Assembly (NCBI GenBank): GCA_047967505.1
Contig: CM106538.1
Length of the DNA: 64,000 nucleotides
Reading direction: 5' to 3' (one strand)
Source: Dipteris shenzhenensis
Taxonomy: Eukaryota
Shown: positions 1 through 12,371 of the stretch, piece by piece
Layout of the letters: each line of letters starts with the position of its first letter
Numbering within the stretch: position 1 is the stretch's first letter
Notes under the pieces: generated by a model
Database searches by the model: none
The model's input: only the letters and a program-made list of their open reading frames with translations
What the model was told of the DNA's origin: nothing
Made by a program: the position numbers and the translations under genes

Positions 1-621
1 TTGCGATGTTGCTCCATTGGTCCACACCCAGTGCCTTTTGAATTGTACCCTTGTTCTTCAAGCCACTTGTAGTGACGCAAAAGGCACTGCTATACAACAA
101 GAGTGTCATGTGTTTTATCGTCAAAAATGTAGAAATGAAACTCCTTGATAATTTCATCATCCATAAAGTTGCGGCGATAAATAATATGAACAAGGATTGT
201 ACACTGATCGGAATGCCAATGCATAGATTGAATTTCATTTTGGACTTTGAACGAGTAATTCTCTGTAAAATATATAGCAGGCACAATGACATCTAAAGGC
301 AAATTCTTCAAACACTCCCTAAACTAGTCTACCTTCCATTCATATATGAAGTTGTGCGTGATGAAAGTGGTTGTATGTTTCTTTAACATGGTTAACATGC
401 AATTGGCTAGCATCTCCTTGACCGATAAAAGTTTACACTCCCCTACCCCCCTTTTTTGTTCGACCTCCTCAAAAACCTAAACCATCACATTTTTTCGCTT
501 ATGTGCTACTTCGTTTGGGCAAATTGCGAGTTTTTGTACACCACACCTTTCACACTCTCCCATGAGGCACTCATAATCATGGAATGTTGAGTCTTTTCCC
601 TTAGCACAAACATAGGATTCT
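1..621 (-). pseudogene. Degenerate DDE-type DNA transposase, catalytic part (Sola-like, superfamily tentative)
   Basis: Minus-strand translation across stops and frameshifts: CLMGECERCG ... FITHNFIYEW ... YFTENYSFKVQNEIQSMHWHSDQCTILVH ... FYIFDDKTHDTLVV*QCLLRH ... HWVWTNGATSQ. This matches the DFxENY/QxEIQSxHW/SDDxxHD/WSDGxxxQ motif series of eukaryotic cut-and-paste transposases. Confidence 0.7.
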
Positions 622-3095
622 TGTGAGTTCATGAGAACCTGACACACCTAACTAATGAGTCACTAGAACCTTCTAGCACACCTACACTCACACACTCCTT
701 TCATAGGACTCCAAGCCCATAGGCACACACACACACACATCAATTTGCCCCTTCATTCCCCCCCACAAATTGATGTCATCCCTTAGTAGTAGTACATGGG
801 ATGCTCCATGGCTTGCCCACCATCATCTGACAACACTCATGACCCCAACCTGTGACTCACTCTTAGAATTCTTGGTTTACAACTAGGAGATAGACAATGG
901 CTATGTATGTAAAGCCCAATGGGTCCAACAAGGAAAAATCTCAAAAGACTAACAATCATCTAAGGATGGACTATCTATGGCAGAGAACCATTATTGACAT
1001 CACACACACATAACTTAGAAAACATATGGATCCTCACCCTTGTCACAATTGACTTGGGTGTTGTAAGCAGTGAGAGCTTTGACATTCTTTGGTTCTTCTT
1101 CTTCTTTAGTTTCTACTTCCTCAACAAGATTGGCTGAACATCTCTTCTTGGCATAACATTCCTTTTCAAAGTGTCCAGGTTTGCCACAAAAGTTACATTT
1201 CATTTTGCTCCTTCCCTTGAAGTTGCTTTTGGCCAAATATGCCCCTTCTTTGTAATCACTTCTTTGTTTGATCTTTCTCTCCTCTTCCAAGAGTGATGCT
1301 CCAATTTCTACCATACTTATCTCTGAAATATCGGCGAGTGTGGTTACAATAGTGCCATATTCTTCAGTGAGACTTCTAAGTAAGATGGCAATTACAATAT
1401 CTTCATCAAGATTAAACTTGATGCCAGATAACTATATCAAAATGCTCTTCATTGAATTTATACGTGAAGAGATGGACTCCCCTCTATCCAATTTTAAGTC
1501 AAAGAACTTGATAAGCAAGCTAGACTTAGAGAGCAACTTCCCTGTGCTCCAAAAACATGCTCAAGATGAGTCCATGTAGTATGAGCAATCTCACATCCAT
1601 CAATGTAATGAATAAAGGAATCACTCAAACCAAGAGCAAATATAGCAAGTGCTTTTTCATCTTTTGAAAGTCATGAAGCTTCTCCTTCTCTAGTTGTAGG
1701 TTTAGTTTCTTTTCCATTTGCTACCTTCCATATCCCCTTTTTAATGAGAATAAACTTCAGTTTTGTTTGCCAATGTGGAACCTCCTTCAAACTTATCTAT
1801 TTTTAGTTTGGAAGCCATTTTGGAAAGGTCTTACCAAATTAATGGCAGTGTCTAATCCCTTTACAAAAGATCAATCTTTCTTAACAAAGAAATCACCTTC
1901 ACCATATAGATGCAAATTGCAAGATAAGAATTCAGAAAATCCTAATTGTTTGGCATATTCATAACCAGTTGGCTTCTCCCACAACGTCTTAACTGGGGTC
2001 TTCTTCACCTTACACTTTGTCTTTGTAGTCTTCTTGACATTTGAAGAGCTTTGAGAGCTTGAAGTTGGCATGTTGTCAAGACAATGACATCAACTAAACT
2101 TGGGATAACATTCTTTGAGCTGAAAGAGCACACTTTGAACTGAAACTTGGAAGAACAATGTCTGAACTGAAATTTTACTCCTCAAGCATTTAGTGTAGCA
2201 TCAAAATTTCCAAAAAATACACTAGAAATGCTTGCAACAGAGAACATGGAAACTTTGGAGGCTTGATACCTCACTTCAAGCATCACCAAGCTAGGGGCTT
2301 TTACTACACAATCATAGATCTATATGCAAGGAAGGCTCAAAACAAACCATAGCTGAAATGGTGCATTATAACTCCCGGGGTAGCAGCATCTTCTTCACTT
2401 GAGGAAACTCTATCTTCTCAAAAAGTCGACTAGTTTTTTGCTGAGTACTCTCTCATCTCTTGACCAAATCACTCCAAATCTCTACAGAGGGTAGCTCTAG
2501 TTGTAGAGAAAGCTTGGCTCAGATGAATTGCAAGATATGACTGAGGTGAGCAGTATTGCAAAAATGGCGTAGAACAGACAAACAGGTGGTGCACAGACAT
2601 GGCGACAAATTTCTTCAATCCCACTGGTTAGATAGGTCGCCCATGAGTGAGGAAGGTGTGGCTGAAGATTTTTCTCAAATCATTGCGTGGATGGAGAAAA
2701 CTAAGCTTCCCAAGTTCAAGGTAGAAGAGGGAGAGATAGGAAGCATTTGGGAAGAAGATAGAATCTAGTTGGAATCTACTAGGAATCTCATTCTAGGCAC
2801 GCAGATTCTAACCAAGCTCTGATACCACATGTGAATTCATGAGAAAGCAATGAGGCACACAATGTAAAGCTTTATTATATAGGCAACTGCCTCCATGTAG
2901 GTAGATCCCAGATCCACAATCATCTCCATGATTATCTCAATCAGTCACCTCCTATGATCACTCACTCATCACACCAACCTGACATACCTAACTGATGAGT
3001 CACTAGAACCCTCTAGCACACCTACACTCACACACTCCTTTCATAGGACTCCAAGTGCATAGGCACACACACACACACATCAATTTGCCCCTTCA
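622..3095 (-). mobile_element. Non-autonomous copia-type LTR retroelement with gag only (TR-GAG-like)
   Basis: Direct repeats 622-755 (internally deleted) and 2830-3095 have TG..CA ends. The tRNA-iMet PBS reverse complement gctctgatacca lies at ~2816-2827, and a PPT-like ttccccccc follows 755. Flanks attct/attcc form a TSD with 1 mismatch. A gag remnant with zinc knuckle CNFCGKPGHFEKEC is present, with no pol motifs. Confidence 0.75.
1015..1800 (-). pseudogene. Copia gag remnant (UBN2-like region plus CCHC zinc knuckle)
   Basis: ORF 1015-1314 contains CX2CX4HX4C. Upstream frames read WKVANGKETKP...KDEKALAIFALGLSDSFIHYI. Confidence 0.75.
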
Positions 3096-3406
3096 ATTCC
3101 CACAATTGTGTGATGCCACTCAAGGCATGCTCCTTTGCACCACATTTGTCTATTCGTGTTGATGAAAGGCATATACTGCAAAGACAAGAGCAATGACACT
3201 CCATGTAAACCAAATGTAGCCGTGCAAACATGGTTAAGAGCTTCCTTTAAGTATATCATTTGTATGTGATATATGTAGCAGCATGTGTTTCTATCCTTAA
3301 TCTTGCATACAAAGTAAGGTTTCAGCTTCTCAAAGGATATCAGCCCCATACAAATACTTGGATATGCAACTTTGAATGCCTTGAAGAAGTTTGTCTGCAT
3401 GGACAA
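3096..3406 (-). pseudogene. N-terminal portion of the same DNA transposase
   Basis: FEKLKPYFVCKIKDRNTCCYIYH motif. Removing 622-3095 plus one TSD rejoins ...ITQLWE-SYVCAKGKDSTFHDYECLMGEC. Confidence 0.65.
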
Positions 3407-3409
3407 GAA

Positions 3410-5395
3410 AAGAGAAAACTACATATGTTATGTGGCACACCACAGCAACATAGCGAACAATTTCAATACAAAGAGATGGGGCACAACACCTATGCACTAT
3501 ACAACATGTTATTTGTGCTATACAAGCCTATACACCCCACCAAATCTGCTACATAGCACACAATTTGAGTGCACACATAAATGTGGAGCTTTGTATATTA
3601 TATAGCTCATTGTTTGTGCTACTCAGACCTATATAGCATACAATTTCAATATACATAGATGTGTCACACCATGTATGCTATATAGCACAATATTTGTGCT
3701 ATTCAACCCACAAGTCCTACCTCATAAGGCTTGAGCTTTCATCGTTCCCACTGTCAACTACTTAGTCAAACTAATAGAACAACCTTTCCTAGTTGTGACT
3801 TTGAATGATGTAGAGTAATTAACTTGGAGAGGGTAGGACTTGGGCAAAAAGTTTTTGATATGATGATTGTTTTCAAGGACTTCAAAAGCAAGTCCCTAGA
3901 ATTATACTTCAGGTTCTAACAGGGTTCTAACTAACATTAACTAGCATATGACAGTCCACATCTTTAGCACATGAAAAGAAACCCACTATATATCCTTCCA
4001 TGAAATTATAGATATCTCCCATACACTTAGGAGATAGTAATATTCCTCTCTTCCTCTTGATCTTTTCCACTGGCTGCCAAAGTGTACTTGGAAAGATCTG
4101 TAATTTCATCAAAGGCTAGCACACAACACAAGCTTCCATGAAATTATAGATCTCCCATACACTTAGGAGATAGTAATATTCTTTGTAATCCTCTCTTTCT
4201 CTTGATCTTGTTCCATTAGCTGCCAAAGTGTACTGGGAAAGATCTGTAATTTCATTAAAAGCTAGCACACAACATAGGAAATTTGCCATTGTGGCTAGAT
4301 TGGGGGTTTCTTTTCATGTGCCATGAGGATTGGGACTCTAGACAATAGGGCAAATGAGGACACAAAGATGAAGATGCCCAACATAGTAAAGAGTACACAA
4401 AGATTTTAGGACACTGGGTAATGGAATATGCTATGTAGCACATAGACAGAAATGTGGAACTATGCATGCTATGTAACTCAAATTTTTGTAATATTCCAAG
4501 CATGGAATCAACTATATAGCACACAGTTTCAGTATATATAGTCATGGCACACCATGAATGTTATATAGCACATTGTGTGTGCTATACAACCAACAGAATA
4601 TGCTATGTAGCACACAGACATAGATGTGGAACTATGCATGCTATAGAGCTCATTGTTTGTGCTATTCCAAGCATGGGATCAACTATATAGCATAGAGTTT
4701 TAGTATATATAGTCGTGGCACACCATGAACGATATATAGCACATTGTGTGTGATATACATGTACCCCATAGAATATGCTATGTAGCACATAGACATAGAT
4801 GTGGAACTATGCATGCTATATAGCTCACTGTTTGTGCTATTCAAACCACAAAATCAGCTTATAGCACATAGAATGAGTATACATAGTCATGGCACACCAG
4901 GTATGCTATATAGCACATTTTGTGTGCTATACAGCCCACCAAATATGCTATGTAGCACACAAACAAAGATGTGGAACTTTGCATGCTATATAGCTCACTG
5001 TTTCTGCTGTTCAAACCACAGAATTAGATATATAACACATAGTTTGAGTATACATAGTCATGGCACACCATGTATAATGTATAGCACATTGTGTGTGCTA
5101 TACAACCCACAAAATATGCTCAATAGAACATAGACAAAGATGTGGAACATTGCATGCTATATAGCTTATTCTTTGTGCTATACAACCCACAAAATATGCT
5201 CAGTAGAACATAGACAAAGATGTGGAACTTTGCATGCTATATAGCTCATTGTTTGTGCTATTCAAACCATAGAATCATCTATATAGCACATAGTTTGAGT
5301 AGACATAGTCGTGGCACACCAGGTATGCTATATGCAAAATTGTGTGTGCTATACAACACATAGAAAAAGATGTGGAACTTTGCATGCTATAGATA
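3410..5395. repeat. Degenerate tandem satellite, ~172-bp unit rich in GCTATATAGC palindromes, interrupted ~3720-4420
   Basis: The atgtggaac motif recurs at ~4452, 4624, 4799, 4969, 5140, 5220 and 5370, with a related copy at ~3580. Each unit carries several gcta(t)atagc sub-repeats. Confidence 0.85.
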
Positions 5396-5399
5396 TTTG

Positions 5400-5870
5400 G
5401 GTTGTCCTATTGGGTTTTAAATATCCAATGAGTGACAAATTTGAATGGGCATTTCAAGAATATAAAGGAGATTTTAGCACTTGGGAAGGTGCAAAGCTCT
5501 CTTTTGTGGCAAGATTAGTGCTGGCCAAGCTAATTATATGGTTTATGTGCTCCAAGAATTTTCCTTTTTGAATAATTGTCTTAAACAAATTGACAAGATT
5601 GTAAGGGATTTTTTCTTGAAGGGTCAATGGCATGCATTTAACTGGAGTCTAGTAACTATAGATAAAATGCATGGAGGTTTGGGACTGGAGGGAATGAGCA
5701 TTAAATGTAAGAGACTCTATTCAAAATGGCTATTGAGGTTGAACTATGATCAACCATGGGCTATGTTAGCCATGCATTGGATATATCTCAATGGACTACA
5801 AGGAGTGATTGCTCCTTGGCAAGACATGGTCTTATGTGATTTTCTTGTTAAAGTTCCACAGTCAGAATTG
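5400..5870 (+). mobile_element. L1-type LINE ORF2 fragment (post-RT region)
   Basis: TWEGAKLSFVARLVL ... KQIDKIVRDFFLKG...NWSLVTIDKMHGGLGL...KWLLRL, typical of plant L1 ORF2 downstream of the RT core. Confidence 0.7.
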
Positions 5871-6150
5871 GTGTGCATGTGCACCCCCCCCTTCCCTCAT
5901 CCCCCCTTGTGCACGTGCGCACCCCCCCCTTCCCTCATCCCCCCCTAGTGTGCTTGTGCACCCCCTGCCACCAACACCCCCCCCTTGTGCACATGCGCAC
6001 CCCCCCTGGTTCCCTCATCCCCCCTTGTGCATGTGCACAACCCACCCCGTTATCCCACCTTATGCATGTGGGCACCCCCCCCAATCCCCCTTGTGCATGT
6101 GTGCACCTACCCCTCATCCCCCCTTGTGCACGTGCGAACCCCACATGTAG
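5870..6150. repeat. C-rich low-complexity tandem repeat (gtgcac/ccccc units)
   Basis: Repeated ttgtgca(c/t)gtgc.c.acccccc and ccctcatcccccc units. Confidence 0.8.
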
Positions 6151-7299
6151 GTGGCAGTCATTATTTTAGATCTAGCACTTTCAATTTACTATCACTAATT
6201 TCTTCAAAGGGAAATTCATTGTCCTTGCAACCACAAACTCTGTGCAAAATTCTGTGAGCAGATTTGGGCAAGAGCTCAGCATGCGAGGTGCACTCTAGCT
6301 AACTGCTAAATATTTGGTAGAGGAAGAGCAAGCAAGATATAGTTCATCAAGTTTATAGGTTGTTGCAACATGGTTCAACCTTGCCACCATGAAGAAGCGA
6401 AAGGTTTCCTGGGCAACACACCAGTTGCTATGTAGCAAGACAGTAGAGAACAAGAGATAGCAAATAGTGGAATCTCTTCAAAATGTTAGTAAGAAACTAG
6501 CAACAAAATCAACTTTGTATCTTCAAGATTTCTACATAATCTGAACCACAGTATTACGAAGAATGCACTTTGGCTTCAAATCATGCAACTGCATGAGTTT
6601 TGCAAAATCTTATGGTGGACCTAGTCCATGAATATGAAGTAGAAGAATAGTTTCAAATCCTACAAAGCACAGAGGAACACTTAGCACCTCAGATGCTAGT
6701 CATTGACCAAAATGAGGATTGGTCCTACATAGCCCTCATAGGGAATCATAAAGGTTAGCCCCTAACTGGATGAAACTGAAAGGTTTTTCCTCATCAGTGT
6801 GACTCAAGCATCAATATTATTATTCAAACTACCCTTCTTATATCTAATCTTTGATGGTGGATTTCACCCCTATACTATGTATATTTGGTACTTTTGATCA
6901 TTTGTTATGTATATTTGATCAGTTGCTATGTGTATTTGGTACCTTTTGTCAATTTCTTAGCACCATTTTAAAGATAAGACATTCCCACCATCTTAATAAT
7001 CCATGCACATGTAATGATTGTAATGAACTACAAGAGGAATTCTTTACATTGATTACTTGGTTGTGGTTGTTTGTAATTCTTGTAGAACTCAAGAAAATTT
7101 TCATACTTTCCCCCTTAAGCTCACCTAGGATATGTACCTCATAAAAATATAAAAAAGCATCTAGCTCATTTTGTCATATTGGTAGATGCAGGCCATGTTT
7201 ACTTATTGGTAGACTTTGGGGATCTACAAAAGCTACATAATGAAGAGGAGAGAAGTTTCCAACTATCCCACTCACGTCATTTGGGGAATAGCCCATACA

Positions 7300-7475
7300 A
7301 CATGTGTGGGGGTTAAAGACCATTGTGCCTTAACCCTAGTTATGTACGATACTCAAACACATATATATGGATGAAATAGAAGATTAGGGTGTTTTGCACC
7401 CACTAAAACTTGTGTCTCTCAAGCTCCTTCTCTCCCTCTCAGCTTTTGTTGTGTCCTCACAACTAGTATTAGAGC
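7300..7475 (+). mobile_element. Degenerate LTR end plus PBS remnant
   Basis: ...gtcctcaca is followed by tagtattagagc (2 mismatches to the tRNA-iMet PBS tggtatcagagc). The left boundary is uncertain. Confidence 0.35.
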
Positions 7476-9503
7476 TTGGCAGTAGAGCCTGGCCGTAGCA
7501 TGAGTAGCCCTGTGCAGCCTCTAGCCTAAAGAGAGAGTAGTGCATCCCAAAGATCCTTGCTCAGTAGGAGGAGTTGCAAATTTTAGAGCTGCTATAGCAG
7601 TTGGAGAGAAAGGGGCAAAATCCTCTTGGGCATTTGTTTTGTTGGGTTATAAAGTTGAAGGCACAGGATATAAGCAAATCTTCTTAGACACACATATGTA
7701 GTGATGCAAATATCCAAAGTTAGAGATAGAATTTTGACTTGAAGTCTTCAAGGAATTTGTTGGTCAGATTGAGAGCTACATTTTCGCTTTTAACATCTCT
7801 GTCATCTGAGTTCTCAATGAAAAGATATAGGTCCTGCAAAAAAGTGACGAAATTCATTTCCTGCGAGGATTTCGTGTGTTGGATCTCCATATCTAGGCCA
7901 CCATTTGTAGTTCTGACACTCCCAATGGATCCAAAGTGATCCCTTGCCATAAGTGACCAATAGAAGCTCATGTAACAGATAGAAAAACAGCAAGCATGTC
8001 TTCCTATTGTTTACTAAATGGCTAAAAGAGATGCAAGATCAGCTTTTTAATGTTTTGGAGGTAGTGTCTAAATGCAATACAGAGCTACAAACCAATAACT
8101 TATGGTTGCAAGCAAGACTAGATGCATTGCAGAATTTGGAGTAGCAGCTGAAAGACATTTTAGAAGAGACAAAGTTGGATGTGGTATTTGTGGTAGCGGA
8201 TGCTATGGAAAATTTTAAAAATGAGTTGGTAATTATATCTCAAGGAGTGTGGGATAATTTAAAACAGAGGTTGTTTATTTTGGCTCAGAGGCCTTATGAA
8301 GCTTTTGCTTTCGAGGAATATACAACAAATATCTTGAAGGGTAAGGTTTAAGAATAGGAGAAGTAGATTCAAGAATTATAGCAACAACTTATGTAGTTCC
8401 AACAATAGTCCCAGGTGACATCAGCAACACTTCATGGTACTAAGTCAGCAAAAAAAATTTCTAAGCTTTTGTCTGTGCAAGTACCCAAAGATATAGCACC
8501 AGGGCCAAGAAATCAAAGTAGCGGTCATGTCGAGCTGAAGGAAGACTTTCAAGAGGAGTCGGTACAACTAAAAGAAATACTTCAAGCTTTTAAAGTTGTT
8601 CATGAGTTGACTTAACCTAGATACATTGATGTTCAATCACCATTTGGAGGATATATTCAATGTAGTGCAAAAGAAAGATGAGGATATAACCACTATTGAT
8701 CCAAAGAAATAGGTACAAGATGAATAGGAACAGTTTAAAGATCAAGTGGAAGATCAGTATGAAGAGCAGTTTGTAGGAGTTCAGCAGGAAGATCATGATG
8801 TTGATCATGAATTAATTCAAACTAGTTCAATTTCAGTAGACCATTATACTGGATCTACTTTAGCAGATAAATGAGTGGGTTCGAGTCTCAATAATTTTGT
8901 GGCACAAAACTGATTGTTCCACTGGGTGTACCAGTGTGGGTGAGTGTAGCTCAAACACATTTAAGAACTATTTATCTTTAACAATGATATAGGATGTATG
9001 GAAGACCTTAATGGGAGTTAGTTGTGCAATCGTTGATGAGGCACATCTGCAAGTTAGCAAGCAACTACCATATGTAGTTAGTTAGTTGCTCGACTCATGG
9101 ACCTATCATGTAGTATTCCGAATGCAGATATGATGTTGTTGATCAAAATCTATTTTGTCTACTTCTATGCCTACTTTATATGCTATCGTTACAGAAGCAT
9201 TTGCAATACAAGAAATATGCAGTTGTTTACTTTAATCTAGTATCTCTATTGCACTCAATCTTGAGTTGATGTGTTCTCTTTCGGAAGTTCTGAATGCATT
9301 CATGAAGATACCGTATTTCTACTAATAGGTAGATTTTGGGATCTAATCTCTACCTGTTACAAGAGAGCATGTACAAGATATTTTTTTTAAATTTTGCTAG
9401 GTGCATATGCTAGCATCCAAGATTGAAAAAGAAAAGAGCTGGAAAGGTCAACCTAGTATATGATGGGCATAATAGCAAAAGCCTTTACAATTCAACCTAT
9501 CTT

Positions 9504-9815
9504 TCACTTCCCCCTCTTAAGTTGGAATGGGTGAAGACCAAGCTGAGGTTGAATGTGTGCAAATTGTTCAAAGTGGCTTGGTGAAGATATTTGCAACCTT
9601 GTCTTGTATCGGATTGTAAACCAAGCCAATCTCTTCCACTTGGAGCTTTTCGAATAATTTGAATAGAGCACTATAGGGTCTTCACAAGTACTATTGGTGG
9701 ATCCTGTATGGTCTACTTCAGTGGAAGACAAGGTCACAATTGGTTGCTTTTTAATTTTCCATGACAAAGTTACAAAGCCAAAACTAAAATTGTATCTATT
9801 GGTGGATCTTCCATC
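9504..9815 (-). mobile_element. Copia RNase H remnant
   Basis: SWKIKKQPIVTLSSTEVD (cf. SWxSKKQxxVALSSxEAEY), with a PPT-like ttcccctc at the left edge. Confidence 0.7.
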
Positions 9816-9816
9816 A

Positions 9817-12371
9817 TTACAAATATTTGAATTGCTCGAGTAGTAGTGACCATGTGGCTCTGTTTTCTACAAGAAGGTCTAGGTACCATTTTGCTGCCTC
9901 ATTGGTTAAGGCCATGGGAAACCAGGTGGCTTTGGTTTCATTTTGATTGGTCACATCTAGCACAACATGTTGCATTAGAGAGTTGAAGGAATCTAACAGG
10001 ATTCCTTCATCCATTATACTTTGGCATTTCCAATTTACATATTAACTACCACAATAGTTAACAAGTTTAGATGTAGGAGAGAGCATGAGGTTTAGCATAT
10101 GCCATTTGCCTTGGAGCCACTGTGGCCCAATTGGTTGTAATATGAGAATGAGAGAGGTACATGAGAGTACAAGGGTTAGCCCTCCCTTCAAAAGGTGGAA
10201 TGTATTTAAGACCAAAAGTTTGACTTTGGTCTTTAACTTTGGAAATAGAAGCTCTCTCTTTCTCTACATTCTCTTGCTTTGAGTCTTCTTGTTTCCTGAG
10301 GCCCCATGACACATGAGTCACGGCCAGACTACACATTTTTGGTGCCGCTGGCTAATTCGAGGTATACTTTCACATTGCACAAGCTCTCTACCATTACCCA
10401 CACATTGCACAATGCTTGTAGCTCAACTGGGAGTGTTTTTAGTGGAGTATAGGATGGGATTGAAGGAGGAAAGTGCGAGTTCAGAGTAGGAAAATTAGAA
10501 ACTCTCATTTCTGACCATAGGGTGTTTTTCATGCATTTGATCTTGTTTTTTAGTGTTTTTTGCTATCACATTGTAGGAATAGCTAGTGTGGGTGATTGCT
10601 AAAGTGTGTGAGTAGGCTCTTCTTTTCTTTCTTTTTCTGATGTCGCTTGATCGAGCTTTATCCGCACATGTGGCTTATATTTCCGAAACTTCTTACGTTG
10701 GGAACTATGGGGTAACTTTTCCACTAGTAAGGTGTTTCCAAGTAAGGGTTCATGTGATGCACATATTCTTTCCAGTCCCTCAGGGGACCATTCAAGAGGT
10801 GGTGGTTTTGATTTTGAGGGAGCTGACTTTGTAAGGTACAATTCAACAATCCTTGTTTGGACTCATTCGAATTCATTGAAGTGCTCGGCCTTGGCTTTTC
10901 TACGATTTCCTCCTTCAGCTTTCTTATGGGATCTTCTACTGTTATTCAATTACGGAGGTTCAACTTTTGGGAGCTTGACTGCCATTAGGGCATGCAGAAT
11001 GGCTAAGTCATTATCAAAGATTTGATCTTCAATTTTAGCATTCGCAGCCTCTATTTCAAGGTCCCAAGGAAAATCTGAGTCATCATTGGTATGGGTACCT
11101 TCTTCAGGTTCATTATCCCACTCGAGGTCAGCCATAAAGAATGGCATCTCTAGATCGATTGGTTCTTCATGTTGGAGTGGAGGATCTACCTGTAGCACCT
11201 TAGCATCGATCTGTGATAAGATGGGGTCTAATGAATGGCAGTTGTCGATGGTTGCCAATGTTTGTATCCAGTTTTTGACATTGCTTTGTGAGTCACCCAC
11301 TATGGCATGCTGTTGTAGGGGAGCTGATTTGCTTGAGATTGTCATGGAAGATGTGTCATCCAATGCTGTAGGCACAATTGGTTTAATAGCTCCTGTCCCC
11401 ACATTCACCCTGACTACAGTGTCTCGATTCTGGATTGTCAGTCTATCAGTTCCCTAGTCATGGAGGACTGATGCTTTCGGTAACCAAGGACGTCCCAGTA
11501 AGATTTGATAGAATTTTTTGGGGAGATCCAAGATTGTGAATTGAAGGGAAAAGCGGACTCCTACGATCTTTATGGACACGCCATTCACTATCCCCAAGGG
11601 TTTAGCCCGTGAATCATCGGTAAGGCGTATGTTAAAATTAGCCTTTTGCATTTGTGGGAGACCCCATTCTTCGTACAGCTCCTTGGATAGGACATTTACA
11701 CCTGCTCCACCATCCACTATGGCTTGGACTTCATTATATGCCTTATGGATGAAAGGCACAGTAATGTTGCATGTGTCATCTCTCTCACCCATCCGCACAG
11801 GGATATCTTCAATGTCGTTCATAGGTGGAGGGGGATTTTTGAATTCAACCCATCCTTTAAAACTCTCCCAAAGATTGGGACAATTTCGTAAGAGGATTCT
11901 GATGGGAATTGACATAGGGCAACTCAGGATGCTAGAGAGTGCAGCTCCTTCAAGTTAACGTGGTGGCACATTCTGTTGTGGAGTCTGTTGTTGGAACAAA
12001 GGCTCGATTACAGTATCAATACTTTGTGGGGCCAAGTCATGGATTGAGTCTTGAGCTTGTTTCTCAGCCTCAAATTGAGCTTGTTCATTTTGGACCCATT
12101 GTTGAAGTACCTGAAAACGAGCCTTCTCCACCTCTGCATTTGGGTATGGAGCTTCTTTTATTTGAGGCTCTGGAGTTGATGTGGATGAACTTGGCTGCTC
12201 ATTGCTTGGCGGAGGTGGAGGCACTTGTGCTTTCTTTTTAAGAAGTCGCTTTGGTTGGATTGGAATGTCAGGGTCCTTGGTGGAGATGCAAGAAGAAGCC
12301 AGAGATTGCATGAGAGATTTGAGTAGAGTGCACCCTTCCTCATAGGAGTCACTACAACAGCATAGTGACAC
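9817..12371 (-). mobile_element. Ty3/gypsy gag-protease remnants
   Basis: Gag-like FPMALTNEAAKWYLDL (9817-10014). Aspartic protease AIVDGGAGVNVLS...RLTDDSRAKPLG...YQILLGRPWL (11454-11915). Pro/Gln-rich linker ORFs. Confidence 0.7.

Noticed and set aside
3410-5395. Regularly spaced palindromic repeats resembling a CRISPR array
   Set aside because: The intervening sequences are themselves repeated, there are no unique spacers and no cas genes, and the context is eukaryotic. It is a satellite.
5809-6257. Pro/Cys/His-rich ORFs (extensin- or metallothionein-like)
   Set aside because: Open in several frames because of the C-rich repeat, with no gene structure.
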